64,000 nucleotides of DNA from contig OZ024741.1 of assembly GCA_964016885.1 (NCBI GenBank), forward strand, positions 70,432,001 through 70,496,000. The letters run 5' to 3'. The notes under the pieces are model-generated. The model was not told the origin of the DNA. It searched no databases and saw nothing but the letters and a program-made list of their open reading frames with translations. This document shows positions 41,440 through 56,190 of the stretch, in pieces. The stretch is from Eledone cirrhosa (taxonomy: Eukaryota). Position 1 is the stretch's first letter; each line of letters begins with the position of its first letter. The translations under genes were made by a program, and so were the position numbers.

Positions 41440-42300
41440 ACAAACACAAGGACTCATGCCCCCCTCCTACTGTTTTTATAAACTTCGTAAATAATATCAG
41501 TACTAGAATCTCTAACCTCTCCTCCAATAAGGCTATGTTTGACAGAGCGGTACCCTACTACAACACGGCGTTAGCTAACAGCGGTCTCTCGCAACCAATT
41601 ACTTACTCCCCCACTAACAGCAACAGCAATAAGAAAAGAAATCGTAACAATAGACAAACTATCTGGTTTTCTCCTCTCTTCTCACTCAACGTTAAAACTA
41701 ATGTAGGAAAATCTTTTTTAGTCCTCTTAGATAGACACTTTCCCATAGGTCACAAATACCGCTCCATCTTTAACAGACACAGAGTAAAACTAGGGTACTC
41801 CTGCGCTAAGAATATGAAGGCCCACATCACCAACAGTCCTAAGAGCGGCACACCACCAGGATGTTCTTACCGAAAGCCTGAAGCTTGTCCCCTTCAACAG
41901 CAATGTAACACACCCGCTGTAGTTTATGAAGCTGTGGTCACTTCCAACCGACCAAATCAACCACATGAGGTCAAATCCTATGTGGTTATGGCGGAGGGCC
42001 GATTTAAGGAACGCTTCCTGAACCATCAGTCGACCTTTAGGTACCCGGATAAACGATCATCCACGAAGCTCGCGAGCCACGTATGGTCCTTCAAAGACTC
42101 AGGTATAGACTGCTCCATTCAATGGAATGCCATCACTAAGTCCAAGCCACACACAAGGGGCAATCCATCTTGTGGACTGTGTATTGAAGAAAGGATAAAT
42201 ATTCTAAGGAGATTACGCAATAGCAATTGCCTAAATTCAAGAAATGAAATCTTCTCACGTTGTCCACATGTCTGGAAACACATCTTGCATAACTACAAAG
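41440..42300 (+). pseudogene. Penelope-like element C-terminal region (GIY-YIG endonuclease)
   Basis: IWFSPLFSLNVKTNVGKSFL..HFP, KLGYSC..NM, CPL..C..VVYEA, YVVMAEGRFKERF.NH, CGLCIEE, LNSRNE..SRCPH; runs into (TA)n. Confidence 0.85.
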
Positions 42301-42342
<42 letters not shown>

Positions 42343-42482
42343 AAAAAGGGATGAAATCGAAAATGCAACTGAAGTCTTATTTTTTTAAAAAATATATATA
42401 TTTATTTGGTTCCTTTACCGGTTTCGCAGTTCTTCTGCTTTTCAAAAGGTGAGTTGAGATGGAGGGTCTGTGGTTTTTCTCA

Positions 42483-42547
<65 letters not shown>

Positions 42548-42880
42548 AGTAGTAGTGGCTGAGTGGCTGATCAGTGGATCTGCTAATATGCAGATCTGAC
42601 TGATCAGTCAGTCTGCTTATATGCAAATCAGGCCGATCAGTCACTGTATATTTTAGAAAAAAGCATACATTTTCACTAGCTCTGACAGTTGGCATGTGAG
42701 CAGTCAGCTGTACTGATGAAGGGTGATACCCAGAAGCATTAGTGTCTACAGTTCTGTTTACATGCCGACACAAGAGCAAGAATGAAGTTGTTCATTCTAC
42801 TGACATGGCTTTAAAAATGAGGCTTGTTTGCATAATTGCAAACGAATCGAATGTTATTATTAATATTCGAATATATTACA

Positions 42881-42933
<53 letters not shown>

Positions 42934-42936
42934 ATG

Positions 42937-42987
<51 letters not shown>

Positions 42988-42994
42988 GTAAATG

Positions 42995-43060
<66 letters not shown>

Positions 43061-43127
43061 CGTTTCTGAATTTGTTTAGCAACTGGTGCGTGTGTTTCTT
43101 ATTGGCAACATGACCCTCCCAAAGTAT

Positions 43128-43240
<113 letters not shown>

Positions 43241-43249
43241 AATATATAT

Positions 43250-43345
<96 letters not shown>

Positions 43346-43502
43346 TTAAGGATACTATTTATGGTTATGCAAATACAAAAACTTTTGTAGTTATATATAT
43401 TTTTACAAACCCTAAATAGTGATAGGCAGTAATATATTACTACCTTATTACCAGTAACTTAAATAGCTCAATGTAATAACATCAGATGTTTTACAGAGCA
43501 GT

Positions 43503-44150
43503 TATATATAAGTTATAAGAATCAAAGTTCTGTTCAAATCATTTATATGCTTACAATTGTTTCCTCCAAACCGAGGTTTGGATTCTTCGGAACAATTTAT
43601 CAATGAATGAACATATATATGACCTCCTTTTCAACCCAAGAGACATACAGATACATATGCAAACATTGTTGCTTGGTGCGTCGACATCCATTATAACATT
43701 CAGTGTGGCAGTATATAACATTATAACATTCAGTGTGGCAGTATATAATGCTATAGTGCGGCAGAGTGTTACATGCCGCACTATAGCATTTTATAAACAA
43801 GACACACGTGCTTGCCACACGTGTAACTATTGCACTCAATAACTGCTTATGACTATCCTATCGCATTAATTTCATGTTGTATTTGAACCTGAATTTTTGA
43901 TTTTATCCTCTTTTAATATGAATGTAATCTCTAAATGTATACTGCCACACTGAATGTTATAATGGATGTCGACCCACCAAGCAACAATGTTTGCATATGT
44001 ATCTGTATGTCTCTTGGGTTGAAAAGGAGGTCATATATATGTTCATTCATTGATAAATTGCTCCGAAGAATCCAAACCGAGGTTTGGAGGAAACAATTGT
44101 AAGCATATAAATGATTTGAACAGAATTTTGATTCTTATAACTTATATATA
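43503..44150. mobile_element. Foldback element with ~213-bp arms, each carrying a minimal hammerhead fold
   Basis: Arms 43503-43715 / 43938-44150; tgct-CCGAAGA-a-tccaaacc ga ggtttgga-g-GAAA-caattg-TA|agca at 44059-44105, mirrored at 43548-43594. Confidence 0.75.
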
Positions 44151-44218
44151 TATATATATATATATAGTGAAAGAGTGAAGAATAACATGGTCGGCTGTAC
44201 AAAAAGGGTTTATTTACA

Positions 44219-44327
44219 GTATTAACAATTGTTTCATTGATCAGGTGAGTCTAAAAGCCGCTAATCACTCGAAATTTCGCCACTCGACCTTAAATACAGT
44301 GTGCCTCTGATCAAATCATCGGAATAC
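44219..44327 (-). ncRNA. Hammerhead-like fold (CCGATGA core, long stem II)
   Basis: gtatt-CCGATGA-t-ttgatcag...ctgatcaa-t-GAAA-caattg-TT|aatac. Confidence 0.55.
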
Positions 44328-45334
44328 TGGGTATTCCGATGATTCGGTTCATATTTCTAGCAGCATCATTGATATGACATTTTAAATATTGTTTTGAAAG
44401 TATTACGATTTGCTTTATTCTTCATATATTTGGAATTTTCTTGTATACTTGTGGTCGTTCAATGTGATGTATGATTTCCATTTCATCAAGCAGATTACTG
44501 TAACACGTTTGCCTGCTTGACGTTGTCAAATGTGCTGCTTTTAATTTATATATTTGTGTAATGTTATCTCTTAAAGGTTTGTTCAGGCATAATTCACGCA
44601 TGTTTTTATTTTATTTTGTCGGCAAAAATATATGTATTGATATTCTGCTGCAAGTTAGTCATATATTACTGAAATTGAACCTCAAATATACATACACACA
44701 TTTATTCATTCATACATTCATTCATGCATACATACATACATACAAACAGACTGACAGTCAGACAGACATTCATACATATATACATTCATACATACATACA
44801 CACTATTATACATGCATACAGACATTCATACATACATTCATTCATACATACATTCATACATACATATATACATACATTCATACATACATTCATACATACA
44901 TTCTTACATACATACACATTATCATACACAGTATATATGTATACGCACATAAACATAAGCACACACAGACTCACTCAGACGCACAGATATGTATATATGT
45001 ATACACACATAAACATAAGCACACACAGATACACACAGACATACACAGACACACACATGCACACATATGTATATGCAATGACTACATTACATAACCGAGC
45101 AAATGAACAATTGTTTTACAGTAAAATAAACAAAACGCTGTAATTATAACCATTTGAACTTTAGAGGAAGTTGTTTGGCCTTAATTGACACTTTAGAATT
45201 TGAATGTTTTGTGTCTTCTGCTTTGACTGCACTTGTCTACATGTGTCTCAGTATGTTTTTTTATGAGCGGTTGTCTTGTTCTTATGCAGTTACTCTTTTT
45301 ATATATATTACCAACGTACACACACACATATTCA

Positions 45335-45470
45335 TATATGCATGTATGTATGTATTCTCCTTTACGGATGTGAGTCATGGACACTAACAAAAACACTCAT
45401 AAAGAGGATTAATGGCATATACTCGTGGGTGCTGAGAAAGGTCCAGAACATATCCTGGAGCAAGGACCTT
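45335..45470 (+). mobile_element. Short RTE-group LINE fragment
   Basis: ILLYGCESWTLTKTLIKRINGIYSWVLRKVQNISW. Confidence 0.7.
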
Positions 45471-46570
45471 GTTACAGGGGTACCAGGGGACAAGTCTCCC
45501 CACTTTTTCAAACGTCTTTATTTTATTTTTTGTTTATTTGATATAATAAATTCTTTTTAAGCTTATTTTTTCATATCTGAACTTCATTTGAATATATAAC
45601 ATTTAATTAACAAAATTTTACTTATGTGAAAGGGTCCATAAGCAAGGGGGGGGGGGGGGGGGGGGGCGTACGTATGAGTGTCAATAAGTGAGTTTTTTTT
45701 ATGCGCGGGGACAGAAATAATCAGGCTGGATACCCAATCGCGCGGTTAAACCACTGGGAGTGAAGGACCGCTAGCCTTTGTCAGGGCATTTGTCTAGGAT
45801 AAGGCAACTCAGGAAACTGGGATAACTACGACATAAAACCTGCGACTCAGTATTTACTGATGATGTTGATCTTTTCTTCTTTTCGAGTTATAGCTAATGT
45901 CGCTCAGAGTGTAGGATTGGCTCAGTGCACAGTCATTCCTCACTCTAAAAAATGTCTTCACGCACAGGCATTGCATGAAAGCATTAATTGATTAATAATG
46001 TTATATTGTGCAATGGCCATACTCGATAACGAGGGGCAGCCATCATGTATGTATTACGTACGTATGTATGTATGTATGGAATTCCCTTAGTCCGTTAATG
46101 TTTCGAGACCATCTCAGCTTGATCATCAGAATGAAATGATGATAACAATGGCATGTTGTTCATGTGCTTTACAGTAGGCTATGTTTTCGAGCCACATATA
46201 GCCCTCCTGGTTTTTTTCTAGCTCACACATTTGCGCTACACATTAACTAGAAGAGATACACAAATTAGTGTTGGTATTCCTTCATAAGATTAGCAGTGAA
46301 TTTATCGGGACCTACTGCTGAGTAGTGTTAATTTTATTTATTGCTGCAATGATGTTTGGTGTTCTCAAAGTTATGCTATGGATGAGATATTGGGGGCTGT
46401 CTTCATTGATACAGCTAAAGACAAATTCAGAAGACAGAGCTGTATTGTTACACCAGAATTTCCAACATTTCTTAGGCGTCATTGTGGAGAATGTTGTTTC
46501 ATTATACACACACACACATGCTGTCACACACGCACACGTACACGCACACGCACACACACGCACACACACA

Positions 46571-46695
<125 letters not shown>

Positions 46696-46820
46696 TAGAT
46701 ATATATTAGGTATGAATCGAAGTTGTAGCTGCCTTATAGCAGGCACTAATCGAGTTGTTTGAGGAAATCACAAAGCACTCAATAGAGCGGCATGTTAATA
46801 CATTACCTTACCGTCTGGAG

Positions 46821-47139
46821 CAGAGGTTCTCAAAATGGACGCTACTGAGAAGGCCCGGGGGTGAGATGGGACCTATGGGGGTGGTAGAGATGATATAATA
46901 ATATATTAAATATCAAATGATACATATTATATATAAATATAGTAAAATAAAAAATATATATAATATTTATTTATACATAGTATATGTTATACTATTTATT
47001 ATATATAAATTAACGATTTAATTTATTATTTATTTACAATTTGCGTGTAGGTAGGTATCTCTGGAAATAGGGGTGGGGGCGCTGATGGTATTACATGGCC
47101 GTGAGTGTGGCGGTGGCCCAAAAAGTTTGAGAACCTCTA
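46821..47139. mobile_element. hAT/Charlie-type MITE
   Basis: TIRs cagaggttctcaaa / tttgagaacctcta; degenerate 8-bp TSD gtctggag / gtctagtg resembling NTCTAGAN. Confidence 0.72.
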
Positions 47140-47462
47140 GTCTAGTGTAAACACAACAGTTAAAAAGTTAAGAAAACCTTCGAAGGCAGAGGCCTTACAT
47201 ATACCACAACAACGATAACTACAGAAATGTACAGAAAGGTACAGTATGTTCGCGTTTTACGCGAACTTGAAGTACGCGAATTCGCTTTAACGACCCTTGA
47301 AAAAATATTATCAAATATTCACTTTGCGCAAATAACATGCTATAACCCGTGTGGGTTTTCATTTCGAATTTATCAGAAATTTAGACTTGAATTACGTGAA
47401 TTTGCTTTACTCGCCGCGTTCACGATCGCATCTTCGCGTAAAGTATATATATATATATATAT

Positions 47463-48433
47463 ATATTTATTAAAATAACAGATTAAAGTTTAAGCAAAGA
47501 ATCGCTGCTTTCACCCTTAATGGGATCTTCTGAAACTAAAAAAGTCAATCTGTGAACGCAGAAGTAAATATTTCAAAAAACGTTGCAACCGAAGGAAGAC
47601 AGTAAGACGATACTTTGGTTCGTGGAAACGTTCCCTGGCAAAGAACGGAAAAAAAACGAAGATAATACGTCATTATTATACAACGCGCGCACACACACAC
47701 ACCCACATGTAAAAAAGTACCAGTAATGCACTGGATAATTGCTGGCCTTGTGCCAAAAGTAGAAACAATTATTTGGTGCAGTGAAAACAATTACACGCGA
47801 AGACAAAACCACGTTTATGGTATAAATGAAGTCGTAGACTAATATTCTATTAGGTGGTTCGTGGAGACGTTCTCTGGCAATGAACGGAAAAAACGAAGAT
47901 AATACGTCATTATGTGGAGCAATGAGAACAATTACACGCAAAGACAAAATCACGTAAATGGTATAACTGAAGTCGTAGACTAAAATTCTAACTAGGAAAC
48001 CGAATGATTCTCGGCTTCAGAGTTAAGAATAAAGTAAATAAAATACAGAGGTAATTGAAATTAAATATATACATACAGGCATCCATATACGTACATACAC
48101 AGGCATACGCGAAAACACTCGTCATGGGTATGCAAATACGAGCACGTACACAAAAAAAAAAAAAAAAAACACCCACGCACATACAGAACCCACGCAACGC
48201 CTGTACCGCACACAAACGAACGTATACACCAAATACACATAAAACAAAAAAAAAATAAAAACATATATATATACACATGTGTATGTGTGTGCGTGTGCGT
48301 GTATACATAATTAAATAAACGTATATAAATATACACACATAAATACGTATACAACGCGCACACACACACACACATGTAAAGACACATATGTTCGCGGACT
48401 GCTTAAACTTTAATCTGTTATTTTAATAAATAT
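47463..48433. mobile_element. Unclassified element bounded by perfect 34-bp inverted repeats
   Basis: atatttattaaaataacagattaaagtttaagca (47463-47496) and its exact reverse complement (48400-48433); internal direct repeats. Confidence 0.55.
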
Positions 48434-48559
48434 TTGCTCTACGGTTCTTATATATTTGATATATATTTATCCTTATCGAACCCTCTTTGGATTTTAGTCT
48501 TCAAATTTATTATTATTACTATATATATATATATATACTGTATACATGTATAATATGTT

Positions 48560-48870
48560 ATACATAATGGCTGCATCTCGGTTTCGAGAATTGCCAGCCC
48601 TTCACCTTTTTCTCATATATGGGTGGCACGAACATGACCTTTTAGCCCTTCCAAGGACTTAGATTCCTTTCTGCATATGTTACAACGAAAGAAAAAAAAA
48701 AAGAAATGGCCATGTTTACGCAACAGTCATTTAGATCAAGTGTTTGAAGGTTTTTTAAATGAAGAAAGGCCCTGCGCTGGACTAATCCCACTTCCTGAAC
48801 AACGGTGACAGGTATCCCAAAAGAACAGGTTAATATCATTGGCTGTCTGAACTAGAACTAGAGGTCTCTC
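48560..48870 (-). mobile_element. Diverged RTE-derived (TATG)n-family element, subfamily D (3' half)
   Basis: Minus strand caatgatattaacctgttc...gtgggattagtcc...ggcaattctcgaaaccgagatgcagccattatgtat. Confidence 0.6.
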
Positions 48871-48873
48871 ACT

Positions 48874-49325
48874 CACATACATACATACATACATACATAC
48901 ATACATACATACATACATACATACATACACACATACATACATACATACATACATACATACATACATACATACATACATACATACGTACATACATACATAC
49001 ATACATACATACATACATACATACGTACATACATACGTACATACATACATACATACATACATACATACATACATACATACATACATACGTACATACATAC
49101 ATACATACATACATACATACATACATACGTACATACATACGTACATACATACATACATACATACATACATACATACATACATACATACATACATACATAC
49201 ATACATACATACATACGTACATACATACATACATACATACATACATACATACATACATACATACATACATACATACATACATACATACATACATACATAC
49301 ATACATACGTATTTACATACATACA
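48874..49325. repeat. (TACA)n microsatellite with TACG variants; further tracts 5552-5615, 37730-37817, 49721-49850
   Basis: Directly visible. Confidence 0.98.
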
Positions 49326-50532
49326 TGATGGCAGCAAACTCTGCTAAGAGTATTGCAATCGCTTGTCAGATTACAGAAAATGGTGCACTTTTAGGCTACG
49401 GCCAGTCACACAAACCTGTAACATATCCTGAACAAGCATTACCTGTGCTTTGAAAGTGTTTTAAGTGGGGAAAGGCCTTGCACTCGACCAATCCCACTCT
49501 CTGAGCATCAAAAACAATACCCGAAAAGGAGAACTGGTCAACATCATCGGATGCTTCCGAAGCCGCAGATTTTTTTTTCAGAGTTTCGCTCTCTTAGAAA
49601 GGTGTTGTGACAACTGGGAACCTGTCACTCCCAGGTGAAAAAAGCAAGCTGAATTTTTCACACGTTTGGGGCCTCATAACTTAACTAGCACAGAGCCTCA
49701 TTTGTCCTAAATCCGGCACTACATACATACATACATACATACATACATACATACATACATACATACATACATACATACATACATACATACATACATACAT
49801 ACATACATACATACATACATACATACATACATACATACATACATACATACACGCACGCACGCAGACACATGAGATAAATAGATCTTGATTATGGACGAAT
49901 ATAAGTGTAAATTCATAAAATATTTTGTCAGAGGATACATTCTAATATAGTTGGACTTGACTGAAAGAATGCAACACTGAAGGAGTAGTTAATTGTTAAT
50001 AGCAACCGGATATCTAACAGTTCGTGACCCATTTCAAATATAGTTAATCACATCATTTATTAAGCCTTTCATTATCGTTATTTACACTGCATATGAAAAT
50101 GAAAATTTTGGGAAATTTTTGAAAATAACTAATTTAGTTATTAGTAAACTAATGTTTGAGACCTAACAAAATATTCTGTGATAAAACTATAATAAACAGT
50201 TTTAACGCTTTCATTACCGTATTATGTGTTTCAACTAATTTTGATAATCACCAAAAGATTGGAAGAATTGAATAAAATACGTGTTTCATTAGTAAGCCGA
50301 TATTTAGAACATTACTTAACAAAAGTTTCTAAAATATGATTATGATTGAATGTTTTAACATAAGGATAAATATCTTAAAATATGTAGTTTTGTATCATAA
50401 AACCAGGGCGGTTTGGTATTTAAATAGTGTTTAACCAAAAGGCTTGTGATAAATATTATTTTTTTACTAGGTTCAGTCAATAGACTGCGACTATGCTGGG
50501 ATATTGATATATCCTTTAAAGGGATTTTAATC

Positions 50533-51123
50533 GGCATACCTCAAAAGTGAAAGTAAATTTATTTTCATTTTCGAACGTCGTGTTTACATTTTGTGTGTGT
50601 GTTTAGATCTAAATTAGTTACTGAGATTAAAGACAGAATCAGAGCCTCTGTCGTTTAACTGATTATATATATATGTATATGTGTGTGTGTGTGTGGTTGA
50701 CGGTTGAGAGAAGAGTACTCAATACCGAAGTAATCTTGTAATGAGGCTTGCAGAATGGTGAGTCCGCCATTCTGGACGCTGCTGCCTTGCAGAAGTCCCA
50801 AATCGAAGCTCTGACACTCTCGTCCCCATCATTCAGCAGGGATTTTGCCAGGCAGCCGCATCATCTCCGATGGTTGGGCTTCCTATTCGGAAATTGAAGT
50901 TGGGATTTACGTTCATGATGTTGTGGTGCACGAACGGAACTTTGTAGATCCTGCGGACCTTGATGTGCACACACAGCTCATAAAGAACACATGGAGCCGT
51001 GCAAAGAAGAAGCTTCGTCGCCAGCATGTTTCGTTTGAACACACACACAAAATGTAAACACGACGTTCGAAAATGAAAATAAATTTACTTTCACTTTTGA
51101 GACCGCCCGTCTTGACGTATGCC
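50533..51123 (+). mobile_element. Second Merlin-type element, non-autonomous
   Basis: Ends ggcatac...gtatgcc with ~70-bp inverted subterminal sequence; 8-bp TSD ttttaatc (50525-50532, 51124-51131); transposase relic PGSRIISDGWASY...HTQLIKNTWSRAKKKLRRQH. Confidence 0.85.
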
Positions 51124-51181
51124 TTTTAATCAATCATATTGACTCCAGTAATTGTTTTTAAAGTTTGCTACATATCTTATT

Positions 51182-51285
<104 letters not shown>

Positions 51286-51614
51286 AACACTTACACGAAT
51301 ATATATAAGCATAAATTTTAAACACGAACAAAGCGACTCCAATTCAACGCTCTCCACAAACCAATACATATCACACAAAACGTAAAGTATAACAAAAATT
51401 AAAACTAATCACACCCTTCAGTACAATTACACGAAACACATATGCATAGCAATAACGAAACCAATGCTAATTACTGGTACGGAGGTGACGGATATCATCC
51501 GCCATCTTATTACGAGTTGTCTCTCTCGACAGGCTTCTGCAGTTCCTGTCTACCAAATTGGGAGTCAGTCAACCCTGTACTAAAGTAGTAGATATTTTCC
51601 AAGGGTGCCTAATT

Positions 51615-53739
51615 ATTGTTTCTACTTTTGGCACAATGCCACCAATTAACTAGTGCATTACTGGTACTTTATTTTATCGACCCCTTAAGGATGAAAGGCA
51701 AAGTTAACCTCGGCGGATTTGGGAGTAAAATCCAAATCATGCGGTTGCGAAACAAACTCCTTGACCACAAAGCCATACATATGTATATTCTAGACATTAT
51801 TGTAAATGGCTAAACACAGCTAATATATGTTAAATAGCATATATATGTTAAACATATATTTAAAACACTCCTTTAATAATTGGTGGAAGGTAGGGGTGGA
51901 TACTGTAGGGAAATAGGAAACATTTACTAATTAATTTTCCCTGAAACATACACATACACAAGGTCCGAACACAAAAGAACCAAATTCCCACTGTCCTTGC
52001 CTCCGTCACTCCTGCTCTCCCCATTTCATACTATTACGAGCAAATGTTGGCCCACGCGTTGGCCGTCTCGCGGCCCGGCGGACAGAATGGAGAAGGCATT
52101 TCCCCGGAGGATGGTTGTTTCTGCTTTTGACACAAGGCCAGCCATTTGAAGGGAGTGGGGGAAGTCGATTAAATCGATCCCAGTGCGTTATTGGAAATTT
52201 ATTTTACTCACTTCGTAATGATGAAAGGCAAGGTTGCTTTTCCTCATTAGAAGAATATAAAGAGGCTGAAGAAATACCACAATAACATTTTCTCTGACGC
52301 TCTACCAATTCTCCCAATTCACCGTCTTGTTACCTAGTAATAATTGTTTCTACTTTTGGCACAAGGCCAGCAATTACCCAGTGCATTACTGGTACTTTAT
52401 TTTATCGACTCCGTAAGGATGAAAGGCAAAGTTAATCTCGGCGAGATTTGAACTCAGAATGGAAAGGGTTGTAACTCTATGCGTCAAAGCATGGCGTCCG
52501 ACCCTCTACCGATACTGCCAATCCACAGCACTTGATATCATTAATAATAGTACTTAGCTATGTTAATTATAAGTTTTGTTCTTTGTTTACCATATTGCAG
52601 AGCAGATATTGTTTTGATTATGATGCGTATTGAAACATTTGTAAGGTATTGAATGATTTAAGAAATCTTTTCTATTCTCTCTATTTGTTATATCAGTAGT
52701 ATAATGATTTCTAGTATAGGAACAGGACCAGTAATTTTTTGGGGGGCGGGGGGAAATCGACCTCAGTACATTACTGGTGCTTTATCTACCGATACTGCCA
52801 ATCCACCGCCAATTACCTAGTAATAATTGTTTCTACTTTTGGCACAAGGCCAGCAGTTATACCAGTGCATTACTGGTACTTTATTTTATCGACCTCGTAA
52901 GGATGAAAGGCAAAGTTAACCTCGGCGGGATTTGAACTCAAAATGGCAAGGGCCGTAACTCTATGCGTCAAAGCATGGCGTCCGACCCTCTACCGATACT
53001 GCCAATCCATAATGATAGTCTGTTCTGTTGATTGAACAACTTGAGTAGTCATTGTCAAAACTGACGAAGTTCCATTCCAGTGTACACTGCTGATGTCATT
53101 GCATAAAGACACGAACTCATTAAAGCCACTGGCCCATAGATGTGATGAATCATATCATACTGACACACAGACATACACACACACACACACTCCCCCTTTC
53201 TCCCTGTCTCTCTCTGTCTCTCTATATCCTCTCTCATTATGTATCATCCCTGCTGGGCGGTGGATTGGCAGTATCGGTTGAAGGTCGGACAACATCCTTT
53301 GCAGCATAGAGTTACGCACCTTTATGATCTGAGTTGAAATCCCGCCGAGTTTAGCTTTGCCTTTCATCCTTATGGGGTCGATAAAATAAAGTAATGGACT
53401 GAGGTCGATTTAATCGACTTTCCCATCCCCTTCAAATTGTTGACCTTGTGCCTATAGTAGAAACAATTATGTATCACCCCTGCTTTACTTCTTTCTCCAA
53501 ACACCTTACAGAACACTTCCTTTAATCCTCCATTCCCACAACTCCAACTTACGCACTCATTATAAACAAGTTTTCAACGTTTGCAAACCTAAAGAGTAAC
53601 AAGATGCTCCAGTTGGACGTAGACCACGTCCGTATAATGTATAAATGGACTCGTAACTCCTGATGGAGTCGTCGGGTGCCATAGTGACATACGACTTAGG
53701 TTGAGCACTTTAAACTTGGCGGAGCCCATCCAGGGAATT

Positions 53740-53829
<90 letters not shown>

Positions 53830-54865
53830 GGATAACTGACGCCAGTACTGGACTGGTACATTTGTATTGACATCGAAAGGATGAAAAGCAAAGTTGACCT
53901 CGACGGGATTTGAACTCAGTCGCAGAGAGCCGGAACGAATACCATCAATCATTTTATCCAATGTTGAATTACTGTCAATTTGCCGCCTGAATGAAAGGAC
54001 ATATATATGCCAATATGAAAGGACATATATATTCTTTAGACGGCACTTTTTCATTAAACTTATAAATAAAATTCTTCTCTATGTATAAACATAACGTAAC
54101 TTTCTATTTTATGTAAAAAATATATCAGGCAAATACAATTTAATAGAAAGTAGATTGAGAAGAAAAAATGGAATGTAAAATAAGAAAATATTTTTACAAA
54201 AACGGAAAAGGAAGGGAATGACAAGGGCTCTAGTCTCACAGAAGAATGGGGAGGAAGAGGGGAGGATGAATGGGCTCTGGGTCTAGGGTGCAGCGGTAAT
54301 GGGGCTGCACTCCACGGACAATGGCTAGCGACACCCGTAAATAAAATATACGAAAACATTATCTGAAAACATCAATAAATTATATTTTAAGGGTTCGTTC
54401 ACCAGGACAGAAAACTAATGATAGTTTCTGATTTAGTCGCAAGGCCAACTCCGTAAGGATGAAAGGTAATGTTGACCTCGGCGGTATTTGAACGTAGAAC
54501 GTAACGAACTCTAACTAAATGTCACACATCATTTTGTCCGACGCTCTAACGATTCTACCAATCTGCTATCCTGGACACAAAATCAATAATAGTTTCTAAT
54601 TTTAGCTCAACGTCATCAATTTGGTGGAACTCGGTGGGATTTGAACTCAGAACGTTGAAAATCGTAACTAAAGCCAATTAATAATGGTTTCTTATTTATA
54701 AATTTTCCTCAGTCCATTACTGGTGCTTGATTTTATCGACCCTGTAAGACTGAAAGGTAAGGCTAACCTCGACAGGATTAGATCTCAAAACGTAAAGAGC
54801 CTTAACTCTATGCCGCTAAGTATGTTGTCTGATGTTCTACCAATACTGCCAATCCACTGCCCTGG
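51615..54865. mobile_element. Dense cluster of Meta-core-like SINE copies (mostly minus; plus copy 53255-53470); more at 57136-57385, 57570-57785, 58170-58360, 63210-63345
   Basis: Repeated core ttttatcgac...aaggatgaaaggcaaagtt and inverted B box atttgaactcag. Confidence 0.82.
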
Positions 54866-55994
54866 ACAGACAAATAAAAATAATAATAATCAGTGGTGGA
54901 AATCAGGTTTTAATGTATTGAGTCAAAACTTAGTTTATACATTTAATTTACATTTGCAGGGTTGAAAAACTACGTATTTATTTTCTTTTATGAAAGAGAA
55001 AGTAATGGATAAAGAGGAGGAAAAGAGGATATCAAGCAATCCTATCCTACATTGGTGAGATTAATGTGGTTGATATTCGGCTTCCTAATGCTGGTATTTT
55101 TCTTTTTTTTAAACAAACGTGGGCAGAGAATACATTTTCTCGAGTTCGTAGGTTTGAGGAAATAAGGATTGTGAAAAGGCTTTGGTGCGAAGTTTATGGT
55201 GGGCGAAACATTGTTGGAGTGAGGTAGAGTGAATGAAATACTGGTATATCGTGTAAGCTTGAGCGTAAGTGATACATTGCGTGTTAGATCAATTGAGAAA
55301 CTGCAGTAATAGCGGTTGAAGATGCATATATATTGAGACAGCGTTGTGTCTGCGGGACAATATTTAGGATGTGATAGTATGCAGGCCTGAGCGGATGGAG
55401 AAGCAGATGTCCCGCCTGTCCAACATAATGTTGGTGGCAACCTCGTCAGGTTATGACAAATTAAGTTTTCCTAGTTGCACGAGAAGTGAAATTCATGGCC
55501 TTCCAATAGGTAGTTGTACATCATGCAGGACAGACGGAGCTGACACTCCGGCAAAGAATGACAGTCTGTAGTGACCTACATTCCGCGGGCTCATATACAT
55601 TCTCCGTGCGTTGTTTGGCTCAGCTCAGCCAATCGTGGCCAGCGTAGGAGAATGTATCCCTACACACGCCCTGGGGGAAAAATTCCTGCGTCAACTCAAA
55701 AAAATCTCTCTCTTGCATCTTGACCATGCTAAGGTAAAACCACTTATTCTCTTGTTCAGTAAGCACAAACAACATGTAACGGTGAAATTTGCACTTTGGC
55801 CCGTCGGCCTTCCTTGGGCCTGGCACAATGCCACATTCCTTTTGTAACCCTTTTATGTTTAACTTCAACCATACAATTTAACAAACATTACTTTGTGCTA
55901 CAACAAATAAACGTACATTTCATCTCTTATTTCTGCTGTTGACATCATTATTATGTTACTCGTGTCCCAATTACTTTCATATACTTAACTTCTA

Positions 55995-56190
55995 AAAGTC
56001 CATAGGCAGCAAATCAGAACTCCATATACTAGAAAGATCCCTCTAAGGAAACATAGAAGAATGCGGAGGCAAAATGCTGCCGAATTTCGATATTTACCTA
56101 TTGTACCAATGTAGTTATGAAATCACAGAACAGGTCGAATTAATAAAGAGAAAATCTTTATGAGAAAATTAAAACCAAGATTGAAATCAC
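55995..56190 (+). pseudogene. Decayed PLE endonuclease C-terminus, upstream of a hammerhead-bearing terminus at 56528-56745
   Basis: VHRQQIRTPYTRKIPLRKH-EECGGKMLPNFDIY...KEKIFMRKLKPRL across frameshifts. Confidence 0.55.

Noticed and set aside
55050-55600. Possible LINE 3' remnant on the minus strand (RTKAFSQSLFPQT)
   Set aside because: A single motif-like stretch; family and boundaries are not supportable.
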